From: Actinomycetes bacterium
GTDB taxonomy: Bacteria > Actinomycetota > Acidimicrobiia > Acidimicrobiales > Ilumatobacteraceae
Direction: 5' to 3'
Assembly: GCA_031415695.1 (NCBI GenBank)
Contig: JANOSH010000001.1
Span: forward strand, 43,988-107,987
Length of the DNA stretch: 64,000 bases
The notes under the pieces are model-generated. The model did no database searches. It was not told the origin of the DNA and saw only the letters and a program-made list of their open reading frames with translations. Below, one piece after another: positions 9,593-18,241 of this stretch; positions within the stretch are counted from its first letter, which is position 1; each line of letters begins with the position of its first letter. A program made the translations under genes and the position numbers.

Positions 9593-9817
9593 TCAGGGGC
9601 CAACCGCAGGGGTGGTGTCGATGTTGTTGGCCAGATCACGGACCTTGGTCATGATGATCGCGCCAGCAGCGAGGGCGATGCCTACAGCCACGCCGGTGAG
9701 AACGACTTTTTCGACGGTCGTGAAACCAGCGTCGTCGGTGTCGATGTCGAGTGCGCACGCCAGACGGCGAAGTGCCAAAGAGGTACGGCACTGGATAAAG
9801 GTGAGAGTGGTCAGCAT
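9593..9817 (-). CDS. flp: Flp-family pilin (prepilin)
   Basis: It is 74 aa from the internal Met, with a charged leader, an AG/FTTVEK processing-like motif (Gly then Glu at +5) and a hydrophobic helix VVLTGVAVGIALAAGAIIMT. It sits between tadE and tadC. Confidence 0.6.
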   Translation of the reverse strand: MLTTLTFIQCRTSLALRRLACALDIDTDDAGFTTVEKVVLTGVAVGIALAAGAIIMTKVRDLANNIDTTPAVGP

Positions 9818-9885
9818 GAGTGGGCTCCTTGGCCGAGGTGGTACTTGACAGTGGGAATGACAGACAGCGAATCGGAAACGAAGTT

Positions 9886-10764
9886 CTAGGAATTCAGAAC
9901 TTCCATGACCGCCGGATAGCCGACGAACAAGATGAATGCGCACACAAGTAGCAACAGCGGGAACACCATCCGTGTCGACGACTGTTCGGACGCGGCTTCT
10001 TCGTGGGCGAGAGCGCGATCGCGAAGCGTGCGCGCCTTGGCCACCAAACTCGCCCTCACCGATGCGCCTTCGCTACCGGCGAGATGCGCAGCGCTGGACA
10101 GTTCGACAAGGTCGTTTACGCCGTATCGCTCGCCGAGGGAGCGCAACGCCGCCCACGGCGTAACAGCAGTCAGTCGCGATTCACCGAGCGCTCGACGAAG
10201 CTCGACGAATGGCCACGACCCACCAGCCGATGCAGCCTGCTCGAGCGCCCCGGTGACGCCTTCATCAGCGGTGAGCAGTAGAACGACCAGGTCGATGTAC
10301 GACCCGAGGCAGTGTCGGAACTCGCTTCGTCGACGAGCAACGACCCGGTGCAACTCAATGGTCGGGATCGACCACCCCAGCCCGGCACCGAGCAACGAAA
10401 CCCACAACGGGAACGCCGTCACCACAGCAATGCCCGCCAGCCACATCGCCCCACCGACGAGCGATCCACCAAAGAGTCCGCAGAGCGCTCCGGCCATTTG
10501 CAGCCCAAGATGCACTTCAGCTGATCGACCTGCGATGGCCAGATCGGCACTTGCAGTGCCGGCGGCACCGATCGGACGGCCGACGAATGTCGCCCCAAAT
10601 CGGCCAGCCCGCGAGACGACGCCCGTGACTGTTTCACGTTGCTCGGCCGGTCGATTGAGACGAGCGGCAGCCTCGATCAAACTCCGTTGTTCAGGCGCGA
10701 GGGATGAACCGCCAAGCCAGAGGCCGAGTCCAATGGCGAGTCCACTCAATAGCGCAAACATCAT
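9886..10764 (-). CDS. tadC: Flp pilus assembly inner-membrane protein TadC (T2SS-F domain)
   Basis: T2SSF-like topology and a C-terminal conserved region (VTPWAALRSLGERYGVNDLVELSSAAHLAGSEGASVRASL...). The internal start MMFALLSGL at 10764 forms an ATGA overlap with the tadB stop. The long ORF-track N-terminus (Arg/Cys-rich) was rejected. Confidence 0.8.
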   Translation of the reverse strand: MMFALLSGLAIGLGLWLGGSSLAPEQRSLIEAAARLNRPAEQRETVTGVVSRAGRFGATFVGRPIGAAGTASADLAIAGRSAEVHLGLQMAGALCGLFGGSLVGGAMWLAGIAVVTAFPLWVSLLGAGLGWSIPTIELHRVVARRRSEFRHCLGSYIDLVVLLLTADEGVTGALEQAASAGGSWPFVELRRALGESRLTAVTPWAALRSLGERYGVNDLVELSSAAHLAGSEGASVRASLVAKARTLRDRALAHEEAASEQSSTRMVFPLLLLVCAFILFVGYPAVMEVLNS

Positions 10765-11594
10765 TTGGCTGGCTCCTCGCTGGCCACAAGAACCCGTGGC
10801 GTAGGGCGAAAGCGGCTCAATGCGCTCAGCCACCACAGCGCCAACCCGGCAAGGCTGGCTACGCCAAGCAGAACCAACTGTCCTGACACGCTGCGATACG
10901 GCTCCATGAATGAGCCGCCAAATGCCGCAAGACCAACGAAGAAGACCAGCGAAAATCCAATGAGTGAACGAGCTTCGGACCGCACTGCTGAACGTCGTGC
11001 GTCGATACGGAGTCGAAGCGCTACACGGTCGCGAGCAACGTCGGCGGTAGCGGAGAGCAACTGACCAACGTCGCGTCCCGAACGCGTGGCGGCGAGAAGC
11101 AGCACGGACGCAATCAGATCCGCTGTGGCATTGTCCAGGTCGTCGGCCCATGTCCGCAACGCAGTTCCGAGGCGTTGATGCTGGATGCGGCGAGCAAGGG
11201 TCTGAACGGTTCCCCGAATCGCGAGTGGGGAGATGTCAGCCGTGCTGCGGATGGTCTCGGTTATGCCCTGGCCAGCTACAAGAGTGTCACGGAGTTGTTC
11301 GGCCCAGCTAGCAAGTGCTTCGATCGTCTCTGTGTCGCGACGAGTCTGCCCTCGGCCCGACGACCCCCCGGCGAGGATCGCACCAGCCACGCCCGCGACG
11401 AGGGCGGCAATCGGCCATCTCGTCGCGACACCGACTACAGCTGCCCCTGTCACGCCAGCGGCAACCCGCAGCAGTAGCCGACTGGCAGGTCGCACACCAC
11501 GGCGCCGCGCCAGCGCATGCTCGGATCTGCGGGTTGTCCCAAGGATCAAACCAAGGCCAACGCACGCCCCGCACACCACCACCAGGCCACTCAT
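10761..11594 (-). CDS. tadB: Flp pilus assembly inner-membrane protein TadB (T2SS-F domain)
   Basis: Polytopic membrane protein with a T2SSF-like middle domain (ETIEALASWAEQLRDTLVAGQGITETIRS). The start at Met10 gives an ATGA overlap with the tadA stop. Confidence 0.75.
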   Translation of the reverse strand: MSGLVVVCGACVGLGLILGTTRRSEHALARRRGVRPASRLLLRVAAGVTGAAVVGVATRWPIAALVAGVAGAILAGGSSGRGQTRRDTETIEALASWAEQLRDTLVAGQGITETIRSTADISPLAIRGTVQTLARRIQHQRLGTALRTWADDLDNATADLIASVLLLAATRSGRDVGQLLSATADVARDRVALRLRIDARRSAVRSEARSLIGFSLVFFVGLAAFGGSFMEPYRSVSGQLVLLGVASLAGLALWWLSALSRFRPTPRVLVASEEPAK

Positions 11595-12949
11595 CGCGCG
11601 GCTGCTCGAGGGGCCGACCATCCGGCCGTATGGTCGATGGGCGAGTAACCGAACCGGGTAAGAAGTTCACGATGTCGGGGTGAGAGCGCTGCCTTGGGTT
11701 GGAGCCGACGACCGTCGTCAAGCCCGAACACCTCGCTCGACGCCACGCGCCCCGAATCTGCCAGCCCAGTCACCTCACGAATCGACGAAACGTAACGACG
11801 CATTGGCTGGTTTGCGCCGCGGTCGGCATCGACAAAGACCACGAGGTGGACAGCGCCGGCCACCAGGGCTGCTGTGGCATCGTGCGACATTCGTTCGGGG
11901 GCTTGAATGGCATAGGTGGCCAGGCGGCTAAAGGTGGTCTCGCTGGAGTCGGCATGGATGGTGCACATGGAGCCGTCGTTACCTTGGCTCATAGCGTTCA
12001 ACATCGGGATGACCTCGTCGCCGAGAACTTCGCCGACGATGACTCGGCTTGGATTGAGACGAAGGGTCGCTTGGACGAGCCGAGCGACGCTGACTTCACC
12101 TTCGCCCTCCACGTTGGACTGTCGCGAGTGCAGTGGAACAACGTTCGGATGTCGCGAAGATCGGTGAAGCCCTAGTTCGAGCAGGTCACGTTCAATCGTC
12201 ACCAATCGTTCGTAAGCGGGGATTTCGTGGCACATCGCTCGAAGTAACGTCGTCTTGCCGGTGTTCGTACCACCGGAAACCAGAATGGTTCGGCGAGCGA
12301 GAACGGCCGCTCGCAGAAATTGCGCGGCTTGCTTGGTGAGCGCCCCACGCCCTACTAGATCATCGAGTTGCAAGTCGTGGAGCCGGTGGCGACGGATCGA
12401 AACAATCGGGACGGGTGACATGCCACGCTCGGTTCGCCCGCCGAGCACGGCCGTGAGACGGCTGCCGTCGGGGAGCTGAAGGTACAGCACTGGCTCGGTA
12501 GTGTCCCATCGCCGCTCGCCAAGGCCGAGTCGACGAGCGGCAGCCTTGATCACTTCAATGAACTCGATTTCCGACGACGCCACCGGGGCAACGGTCACCA
12601 CTCGGCCATCCGCGTACTGAACAAAAACTTCAGCGTGTCCGTTCGCATCGATCGACTCGACGTCGGGGTCGTCGAGATACATCTGCAGACCAGCCAAACC
12701 GAAAAGGTGAGCGAGCAATCCATCGTTGAGGACGGCGATTTCGTTGCCTGATAGCCGGGCGCGACCCGCTCGCAGTCGACCGGCATCGAGGTTGGCTAGT
12801 TCGTCATTGGCAAGTCGAATTGCCAGTACTCGTTCGTCGGCAGTGTCAAGGAGCGAGCCGTTGGCGACGAGACGTTCAACCTCGTCGGGCAGGCGACGCG
12901 ACACTGCTGAAACAACATGACGCAATTCGTCTGTGTCTGTCGAACTCAT
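11591..12949 (-). CDS. tadA: Tad secretion ATPase TadA/CpaF (type II/IV secretion NTPase)
   Basis: Walker A ILVSGGTNTGKTTLLRAM, Asp box and His box are typical of CpaF/VirB11-like ATPases. There is an ATGA overlap with the upstream tadZ stop. Confidence 0.9.
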   Translation of the reverse strand: MSSTDTDELRHVVSAVSRRLPDEVERLVANGSLLDTADERVLAIRLANDELANLDAGRLRAGRARLSGNEIAVLNDGLLAHLFGLAGLQMYLDDPDVESIDANGHAEVFVQYADGRVVTVAPVASSEIEFIEVIKAAARRLGLGERRWDTTEPVLYLQLPDGSRLTAVLGGRTERGMSPVPIVSIRRHRLHDLQLDDLVGRGALTKQAAQFLRAAVLARRTILVSGGTNTGKTTLLRAMCHEIPAYERLVTIERDLLELGLHRSSRHPNVVPLHSRQSNVEGEGEVSVARLVQATLRLNPSRVIVGEVLGDEVIPMLNAMSQGNDGSMCTIHADSSETTFSRLATYAIQAPERMSHDATAALVAGAVHLVVFVDADRGANQPMRRYVSSIREVTGLADSGRVASSEVFGLDDGRRLQPKAALSPRHRELLTRFGYSPIDHTAGWSAPRAAAR

Positions 12950-13719
12950 CTGATCACCATGGGCCGCATAGCGAGCGTGGGAGGCGGGAGTGCAGTGCTA
13001 CGACTGGCGGGCAACCGCTTGACGACCGCTTGCACCAATGGCACCGCGCTGAGCAGAAGACGACTTTTCGATCTCAATCGTGACGACCTCGAATGCCCTG
13101 CGAGGAGCGATGCCCCGAAGGGGTCGTCAGCCAGCGCAACCGTAGCCTGTTGGCCCAGAAAGGCCAACAGTTCACTGGGGGCAAAAGGCGCCGAGCCAAC
13201 GACGGCCACAACTATGGGTACCCCCCTGTTGGCGAGTACCTCGACGAGCCGGCGTGTATGAACGGCGTGGGCAACAGTAAGACCCCGGGCGCGAGGATCT
13301 TGGCGTAGACAGACCACCGCAACGTCGGCCGAGATCGTTGCGTCGGGCAACATTTCGGGGTCAACTCGACCAACGTCAACGATGAATGTCGCCGTCGCAT
13401 CGCGCTGGGACATGGGGAGCAAGCCACGGCTCACTGCGACGATGGCGCCTTGGGCCTCGGAGGCAAGCACTGGAGCAGCAATGACTCTGATGTTCCCGGC
13501 CAGCAACTGGGTGTGGGCGAAAAGCGCAGCGGGCTCGCGAGCGCTGGCCGCGGCCGTAACCAGTCCTGGCGCAGAGGCGAGATCGAAGCGGCTGGCGATG
13601 TCACCTCCGGCAGAGTCGAGTTCGATCACCGCGACGTTGTCGGTTGTCCAGGCCGAGGCGAGCGCCAGCGCGGTAGTCGTGACGGCCGAGCCCTTGGTTC
13701 CGAGTACCACGATGTTCAC
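12946..13719 (-). CDS. tadZ: TadZ/CpaE/Ssd-like ParA-MinD-fold pilus assembly protein with degenerate P-loop
   Basis: The N-terminal NIVVLGTKGSAVTTTALALASA resembles a deviant Walker A in which the invariant Lys and Gly are lost. Position and size (257 aa) match CpaE/Ssd of actinobacterial tad loci. There is an ATGA overlap on both sides. Confidence 0.6.
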   Translation of the reverse strand: MNIVVLGTKGSAVTTTALALASAWTTDNVAVIELDSAGGDIASRFDLASAPGLVTAAASAREPAALFAHTQLLAGNIRVIAAPVLASEAQGAIVAVSRGLLPMSQRDATATFIVDVGRVDPEMLPDATISADVAVVCLRQDPRARGLTVAHAVHTRRLVEVLANRGVPIVVAVVGSAPFAPSELLAFLGQQATVALADDPFGASLLAGHSRSSRLRSKSRLLLSAVPLVQAVVKRLPASRSTALPPPTLAMRPMVIR

Positions 13720-14366
13720 GGTGCCACCGGGCCGGAGACCCGAACAGCAATGGTGGGGGGCTCGTCGGGCCCGACCACAATGAGTCGGACGTCCTTGCTG
13801 ACGGCCACCAGACGAGCGGCCGATGTGGCTAGCCGAATGCTGACCCCAACGGCTGTTGAACTTTGATCAGGTCGCTTGACGTCGACTACCTCGCCATCAA
13901 ACGCGGTGTCACCGACTAGCACTCGAACCAGCGACGTCGACCGAAGGCCGAGTGGAATCGCTTGACTCGGGAGGCTGATGGCGGCGATTGCCTGGCCGCT
14001 GGAGACGGGCATGTGCGTACCGATGTGGCGAGGCTGCAACGGTGCGCCTGCGGTCAAGTGCATTTGGGCGATGCGTTGGGGCATGCGGACAAACTCTTCA
14101 GCGGTGACAACGTCGAGGTGAGTTCCCGTATGCAGATCGATCTCTTCGATGTCGGCGCTTGTCACGAGGGCGCCGGCGCTGACGTCGTGACGCAGTATGA
14201 CAATCGTGCGTTGCTGGCCTGCACCTCTGTACAGCTGCAAGAACACCAACCCGCCGCCGACCACTAACAGGCAAGCAACCGCCATGCGAGCCGGGTTTCG
14301 AGGAGCGCTACGTGCGCCTCGTGGTGGCGCTGCGGGTGAAGTCATGGCGAGCAACGTACGGATCAA
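13716..14366 (-). CDS. cpaB: Flp pilus assembly protein CpaB/RcpC (SAF-domain)
   Basis: N-terminal TM anchor (MAVACLLVVGGGLVFL), then a SAF-like region (RTIVILRHDVSAGALVTSADIEEIDL) and a C-terminal beta-rich domain. It is the first gene of the tad block. Confidence 0.75.
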   Translation of the reverse strand: MIRTLLAMTSPAAPPRGARSAPRNPARMAVACLLVVGGGLVFLQLYRGAGQQRTIVILRHDVSAGALVTSADIEEIDLHTGTHLDVVTAEEFVRMPQRIAQMHLTAGAPLQPRHIGTHMPVSSGQAIAAISLPSQAIPLGLRSTSLVRVLVGDTAFDGEVVDVKRPDQSSTAVGVSIRLATSAARLVAVSKDVRLIVVGPDEPPTIAVRVSGPVAP

Positions 14367-14472
14367 ACGGGTGGTCCGAAAGACCTACAGCCAAGACTTG
14401 AGAGCTACTCAACAAGTAACTGACTGGTTCGAACGACTCATGAATCCATACAGACGTGGCGTGACGTTGCGT

Positions 14473-15144
14473 TTACCTTCCCCGCCGACCAGGGGACGAT
14501 CGACGGGACCGATGCAGGTACACCAACGTCAGGACCACCGACACGTAGGTGATGGTGTTGTACACGAAATGAAGTTGCACGTCGCTGACCTTGAGGGCAG
14601 CATCGCCAATGCCCGGGCACGGGCAGCCCGAGTTGACAATGACGTGATACATGATGACGACGTGCTCGATCATGTGCCAGGTTTCTAAACCCGCACCAAG
14701 GAACAAAAACAACTGATACGCCCACTTCGGCACCGTACCGGCAAGCATGAGTTGTCGAGCACCGACAACCAAAAGGTAGATAGTGATCAGGTACGAAAGG
14801 TTGAACACGAAGTGCATCCACTCGGCGGTGTCTTGAAAGTTGAAGACATACCCGAGAAGGCCGAACGCCTTTTCGCTCGGGATACCGAACCGGTAGACCT
14901 GAATGAGCTGAATGATGTGCTCGACAACATGTACACCTTGGATGCCTACGACAGCGGCGTAGAACGGGTAGAAGCGCGGCGATGCCGACGGCAACCCTCG
15001 CCACGCCGCGGACACATTCGACTTTGAGGACGCTGAAACGACAGACACCGATTTTCCTTTCGAAGATTTGGGTGGGAAATCCACAAGAGCCGAGTTCGAG
15101 CCGCACCGTGCAACAAGAACCCGGCAACTGCGACAATCCTTCAC
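14473..15144 (-). CDS. Integral membrane protein with duplicated W-x-H-x-[IV]-x-H/EH motif and CPCPG (unknown function)
   Basis: It has about five predicted TM helices. The motif is internally repeated (AEWMHFVFNLSY and ETWHMIEHVVIMYHV), and a Cys-Pro-Cys-Pro-Gly lies before the last helix. Local GC (~50-55%) is clearly below the window average. The start is uncertain. Confidence 0.45.
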   Translation of the reverse strand: MKDCRSCRVLVARCGSNSALVDFPPKSSKGKSVSVVSASSKSNVSAAWRGLPSASPRFYPFYAAVVGIQGVHVVEHIIQLIQVYRFGIPSEKAFGLLGYVFNFQDTAEWMHFVFNLSYLITIYLLVVGARQLMLAGTVPKWAYQLFLFLGAGLETWHMIEHVVIMYHVIVNSGCPCPGIGDAALKVSDVQLHFVYNTITYVSVVLTLVYLHRSRRSSPGRRGR

Positions 15145-15156
15145 ATTCGGCTCAGC

Positions 15157-15747
15157 TCAGAGCGGATCGCAACGGTTCGGTCCTGACGGGAATTGGAACG
15201 GATCGCCGTATGCATGCTCCGGGTAGAAGCCAAACGTTCCTACGCCCCGATCCTCGGTCTGAACGGCTTCAAAACCATTTCGAAGTTCGATAGGCCCGTT
15301 CCCCGACAGCCGAAAGGCGTCGTCGAACGTGCCGTGGAACAGTGTGGGCGCCACCTCGGCATTGGCCGACTCAGCTTCGTGTTCGTACTCCCAGTTGTAG
15401 GTATTGCCGTCTTGGTCGACAGCGGTTCCCACCCCATGCCCGCGTCCGTACTCTGTTGTCACGCCGTCGCGAGTCTTGGTCCTAAGCCATGTCGATAACA
15501 CTCCTTTGCCGACGAGGATTGTGCCTTCGGGGACAAGGCTGCACACCAAATACGGCTCGAGCGCCGACGTTTCACCGGGACCCACCATCATCCAGGCAAT
15601 CGGAGTATCGGGCAACTGTTCTAGCTTCCCCGATCCAGTGTCCTTGTCGCCTGTGGCCGAGGCCCCGCTTGCCAACCCGATTGACGTGATCGCGAACAGG
15701 GTGGCTAAACCGAGGGCCAACCTCGTCCGCGTGTGGTTCTTAACCAT
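15157..15747 (-). CDS. Secreted hypothetical protein (signal peptide)
   Basis: From the internal Met the protein begins MVKNHTRTRLALGLATLFAITSIGLASGASA, a signal peptide, and is followed by a Gly/Asp/Thr-rich mature domain. It lies 12 nt upstream of the membrane protein in the same low-GC patch. Confidence 0.5.
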   Translation of the reverse strand: MVKNHTRTRLALGLATLFAITSIGLASGASATGDKDTGSGKLEQLPDTPIAWMMVGPGETSALEPYLVCSLVPEGTILVGKGVLSTWLRTKTRDGVTTEYGRGHGVGTAVDQDGNTYNWEYEHEAESANAEVAPTLFHGTFDDAFRLSGNGPIELRNGFEAVQTEDRGVGTFGFYPEHAYGDPFQFPSGPNRCDPL

Positions 15748-15877
15748 GACTCTCTCCTTGTGTGTCGAGCCCACACACCTTGTGCGGTGCCATCACTCGG
15801 CACAGTCGCAGGACAACCTGACAAAAACCTGACAATCGACACGAACAGTGATCTAGCCCGGCCTTTGAGCGGCTGCA

Positions 15878-16873
15878 GTGTCGTCCACTCGTCATCAGCG
15901 GTATCGTGAAGGTCGTATGGTGACGGTTCTCTCGCACACTCCCCAATCGAACGACCCCTGTTGGTGCGGCAGCGGTCGAAAGTACAAGCGCTGTCACAAA
16001 GGTCTCGAGGGCCGGGTTCTCCCTGGCAACGTCAGTCCAATGCGGTCCGTACCGTCCCACATTGGTCGGCCGCCGTACGCAGATTCGGGCATTCCAGCCC
16101 GTTGGAACGAATCGGCAATCAAGTCCGACGACATCATCGGTCGCATGCGCCGAACAGGCGTTGTGGCAGCCGAGATACTTCGGTTGTCAGGCGAAGCGCT
16201 GCGCGTTGGCATGACAACCGACGAACTCGACGTGTATGTCCACGATCTCTACATCGAGCGTGATTGCTATCCGAGCCCGCTCAACTACGGCGAGTTCCCC
16301 AAAAGCCTGTGTACGTCGGTCAACGAGGTCATCTGTCATGGCATCCCCGACGATCGACCCCTTGAAGATGGCGACATCATCAACCTCGACATCACGGCGT
16401 ACCGAGAGGGTGTCCACGGTGACTGCAGCGCCACCTTCGCAGTTGGTTCCGTTTCGCCCGAGTCGAAACAACTCATGGACGTCACGGCCGAGTGCCTGAG
16501 GCTTGGTGTGGCCGCGGTGCGGCCTGGCCGGCCAGTAAGTGACATTGGTCGAGCAATTGAGGATCATGCCAAGAGGTACCGCTACGGAGTCGTGCGATCA
16601 TTCATTGGCCATGGCATCGGCGAGCAGTTCCACACCGATTTACAGATCCTCCACTACTACGACCCGCGCGCTACAACCGTTATGCGACCGGGTATGACCT
16701 TCACAATTGAGCCGATGATCACGCTCGGCACGGTCAAACATGCCACGTGGGATGACGACTGGACCGCCGTTACCACCGACGGCAAACGCACCGCCCAGTT
16801 CGAACACACTGTGTTGGTCACAACGGACGGCGTCGAAATCCTTACGAAGGAAGCCGGTTCAACCACCAGCTGA
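15878..16873 (+). CDS. map: Methionine aminopeptidase type I with N-terminal SEC-C zinc-binding motif
   Basis: SEC-C motif CWCGSGRKYKRCH. MetAP metal ligands are present (D...DITAYREGVHGD, HGIGEQFH, FTIEP, FEHTV). The start could instead be Met14 at 15917. Confidence 0.9.
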   Translation: MSSTRHQRYREGRMVTVLSHTPQSNDPCWCGSGRKYKRCHKGLEGRVLPGNVSPMRSVPSHIGRPPYADSGIPARWNESAIKSDDIIGRMRRTGVVAAEILRLSGEALRVGMTTDELDVYVHDLYIERDCYPSPLNYGEFPKSLCTSVNEVICHGIPDDRPLEDGDIINLDITAYREGVHGDCSATFAVGSVSPESKQLMDVTAECLRLGVAAVRPGRPVSDIGRAIEDHAKRYRYGVVRSFIGHGIGEQFHTDLQILHYYDPRATTVMRPGMTFTIEPMITLGTVKHATWDDDWTAVTTDGKRTAQFEHTVLVTTDGVEILTKEAGSTTS

Positions 16874-18221
16874 GCAGGGATTCGGGGTCCACACAGTATG
16901 CCTCGATCATCGTACGGCCATACTCTGCGAGTCGACCCAAGCGCAAGGCCTCACCGGCTTGGGTCCACGGTCGGGCTGGCACTGGCAGCGTTAGCAGTTG
17001 ACGAGCTGACAGCTTGACCGCGTCGTGCGACAACCCACCGCCTCCATAGTGCGATAGCGCCCACGACGTTGCCACGGGCGAGCACACCACAGCGGCCAGA
17101 TCCCACAGGTCGATACCGGCGTGGGGGGTGACGGTAAGAACTGGCACCGAAGGCAACCAAGCACCGGCTTCATCGACACAGGCCTCGAGCACCTTCGACT
17201 GGGTTGCTACGAGCAACTTGGGGACAAGGCGCGATGCCGCCCAGGCCGCTATGGCCGGGCTGAGGCCGTCAAGAGCCACCCTCGGGGCGTCGTACCGGGT
17301 CTTGGCGAAGCGCACGGTGCGCTGGCCCCACAGTGAACGTCCGAGGTCGATAAGGCCCGATGTGATAAGTCGCGGACCCGTGGCGTCATCGGAGACGTGC
17401 CCGACCAGGCCGTAGTACTGGTCGCGAAAGTCTGCGGTGGCTGAGGCAAGCGATGCGAGAGTCTCGTGGCCATACAACTCGACTTGCGGATGTTGGGCAA
17501 GGAGATGCGACCACGTGGGGCGAGTTGCCTCGAACTGTACGGCGGATTGCGGCTGGAACGATGGTCCGAACCATCGGCGCACCGGCTCCTGGCGACCCGA
17601 GCGTTCGAGAATCACGGCGACGGTCAGGACCGAGGCGTCAAAAACCGATTCGCCAGCAATCCACAGACTCGTCAGGGCCGCGTGTTCAGAAACGTTGCGG
17701 CGGATATCTTCGATATCGCGTGTGGCGAAAACTGACTGGGGCAAGACGAAGGCCACTCGACCGCCGGGGCGAACCAGTGGGACCGCCATCGCAAGGAATA
17801 AGGCTGCGGTGTCGGCGTACGGCCCCCCACCAAGCGGAGATCTGCCTCCCCTGGTCGACCGCCCCGCCATCTGACTGAGGAACGGCGGGTTCCCGATAAC
17901 CAGGTCAAATGGCGGTTCCGTCGACCAGTCAACCGTGAACGCGTCGCCGTGTCGCAGGTCAGCGCGGTCGCCCAGTGCACTTCGAGCATTGCCAATCGCC
18001 ACACCGTCGACATCAACGCCAACGACATCGAGATCGGTACCGAGACGACGGACCAGTGCGCTGAGGAACCGCCCATCGCCACAGGAAGGGTCCAAAACCC
18101 TGTGGATTGGCCCGTCCATGCCCTCCAGAGCTCGGTCAATAACAAAATCGACCAGGCTCGCCGGGGTGTACCACGACCCCAATTGGCGGCGGCGTTCGCG
18201 GTCGGGCTGGGTAGACGTCAC
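16842..18221 (-). CDS. N6-adenine DNA methyltransferase, gamma-class (M.TaqI/Eco57I-like), apparently orphan
   Basis: Motif [14 protein letters not shown], motif [13 protein letters not shown] and motif IV NPPF are present. A C-terminal ~250 aa is consistent with a target-recognition domain. No restriction endonuclease gene is adjacent. Confidence 0.75.
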   Translation of the reverse strand: MTSTQPDRERRRQLGSWYTPASLVDFVIDRALEGMDGPIHRVLDPSCGDGRFLSALVRRLGTDLDVVGVDVDGVAIGNARSALGDRADLRHGDAFTVDWSTEPPFDLVIGNPPFLSQMAGRSTRGGRSPLGGGPYADTAALFLAMAVPLVRPGGRVAFVLPQSVFATRDIEDIRRNVSEHAALTSLWIAGESVFDASVLTVAVILERSGRQEPVRRWFGPSFQPQSAVQFEATRPTWSHLLAQHPQVELYGHETLASLASATADFRDQYYGLVGHVSDDATGPRLITSGLIDLGRSLWGQRTVRFAKTRYDAPRVALDGLSPAIAAWAASRLVPKLLVATQSKVLEACVDEAGAWLPSVPVLTVTPHAGIDLWDLAAVVCSPVATSWALSHYGGGGLSHDAVKLSARQLLTLPVPARPWTQAGEALRLGRLAEYGRTMIEAYCVDPESLLSWWLNRLPS

Positions 18222-18241
18222 TGTCTCGTTCTACAGTCCGC

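Noticed and set aside
9338-9889. 183-aa plus-strand ORF across the flp/tadE region
   Set aside because: It is antisense to two short genes with strong family signatures (Flp hydrophobic helix, TadE AAVEFVILLP). Its own translation is featureless.
9886-11151. Full 421-aa version of the tadC ORF, and the Met start of the LysM-SARP ORF at 9358
   Set aside because: The N-terminal extensions are Arg/Cys-rich and overlap upstream genes by >100 nt. Internal starts create ATGA/GTGA overlaps that match the rest of the operon.
14473-15144. Calling the 5-TM membrane protein a prepilin peptidase (TadV)
   Set aside because: It lacks the two conserved Asp motifs and the GG motif of A24 peptidases. Its conserved residues are His/Glu/Cys instead.
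2209-15774. WXG100/ESAT-6-like substrate or EccB/EccD/MycP genes near the FtsK-like ATPase
   Set aside because: I scanned all ORFs of 60-130 aa on both strands in this interval. None has the helical hairpin or W-x-G pattern, and none has EccB/EccD-like TM architectures, so no call was made.
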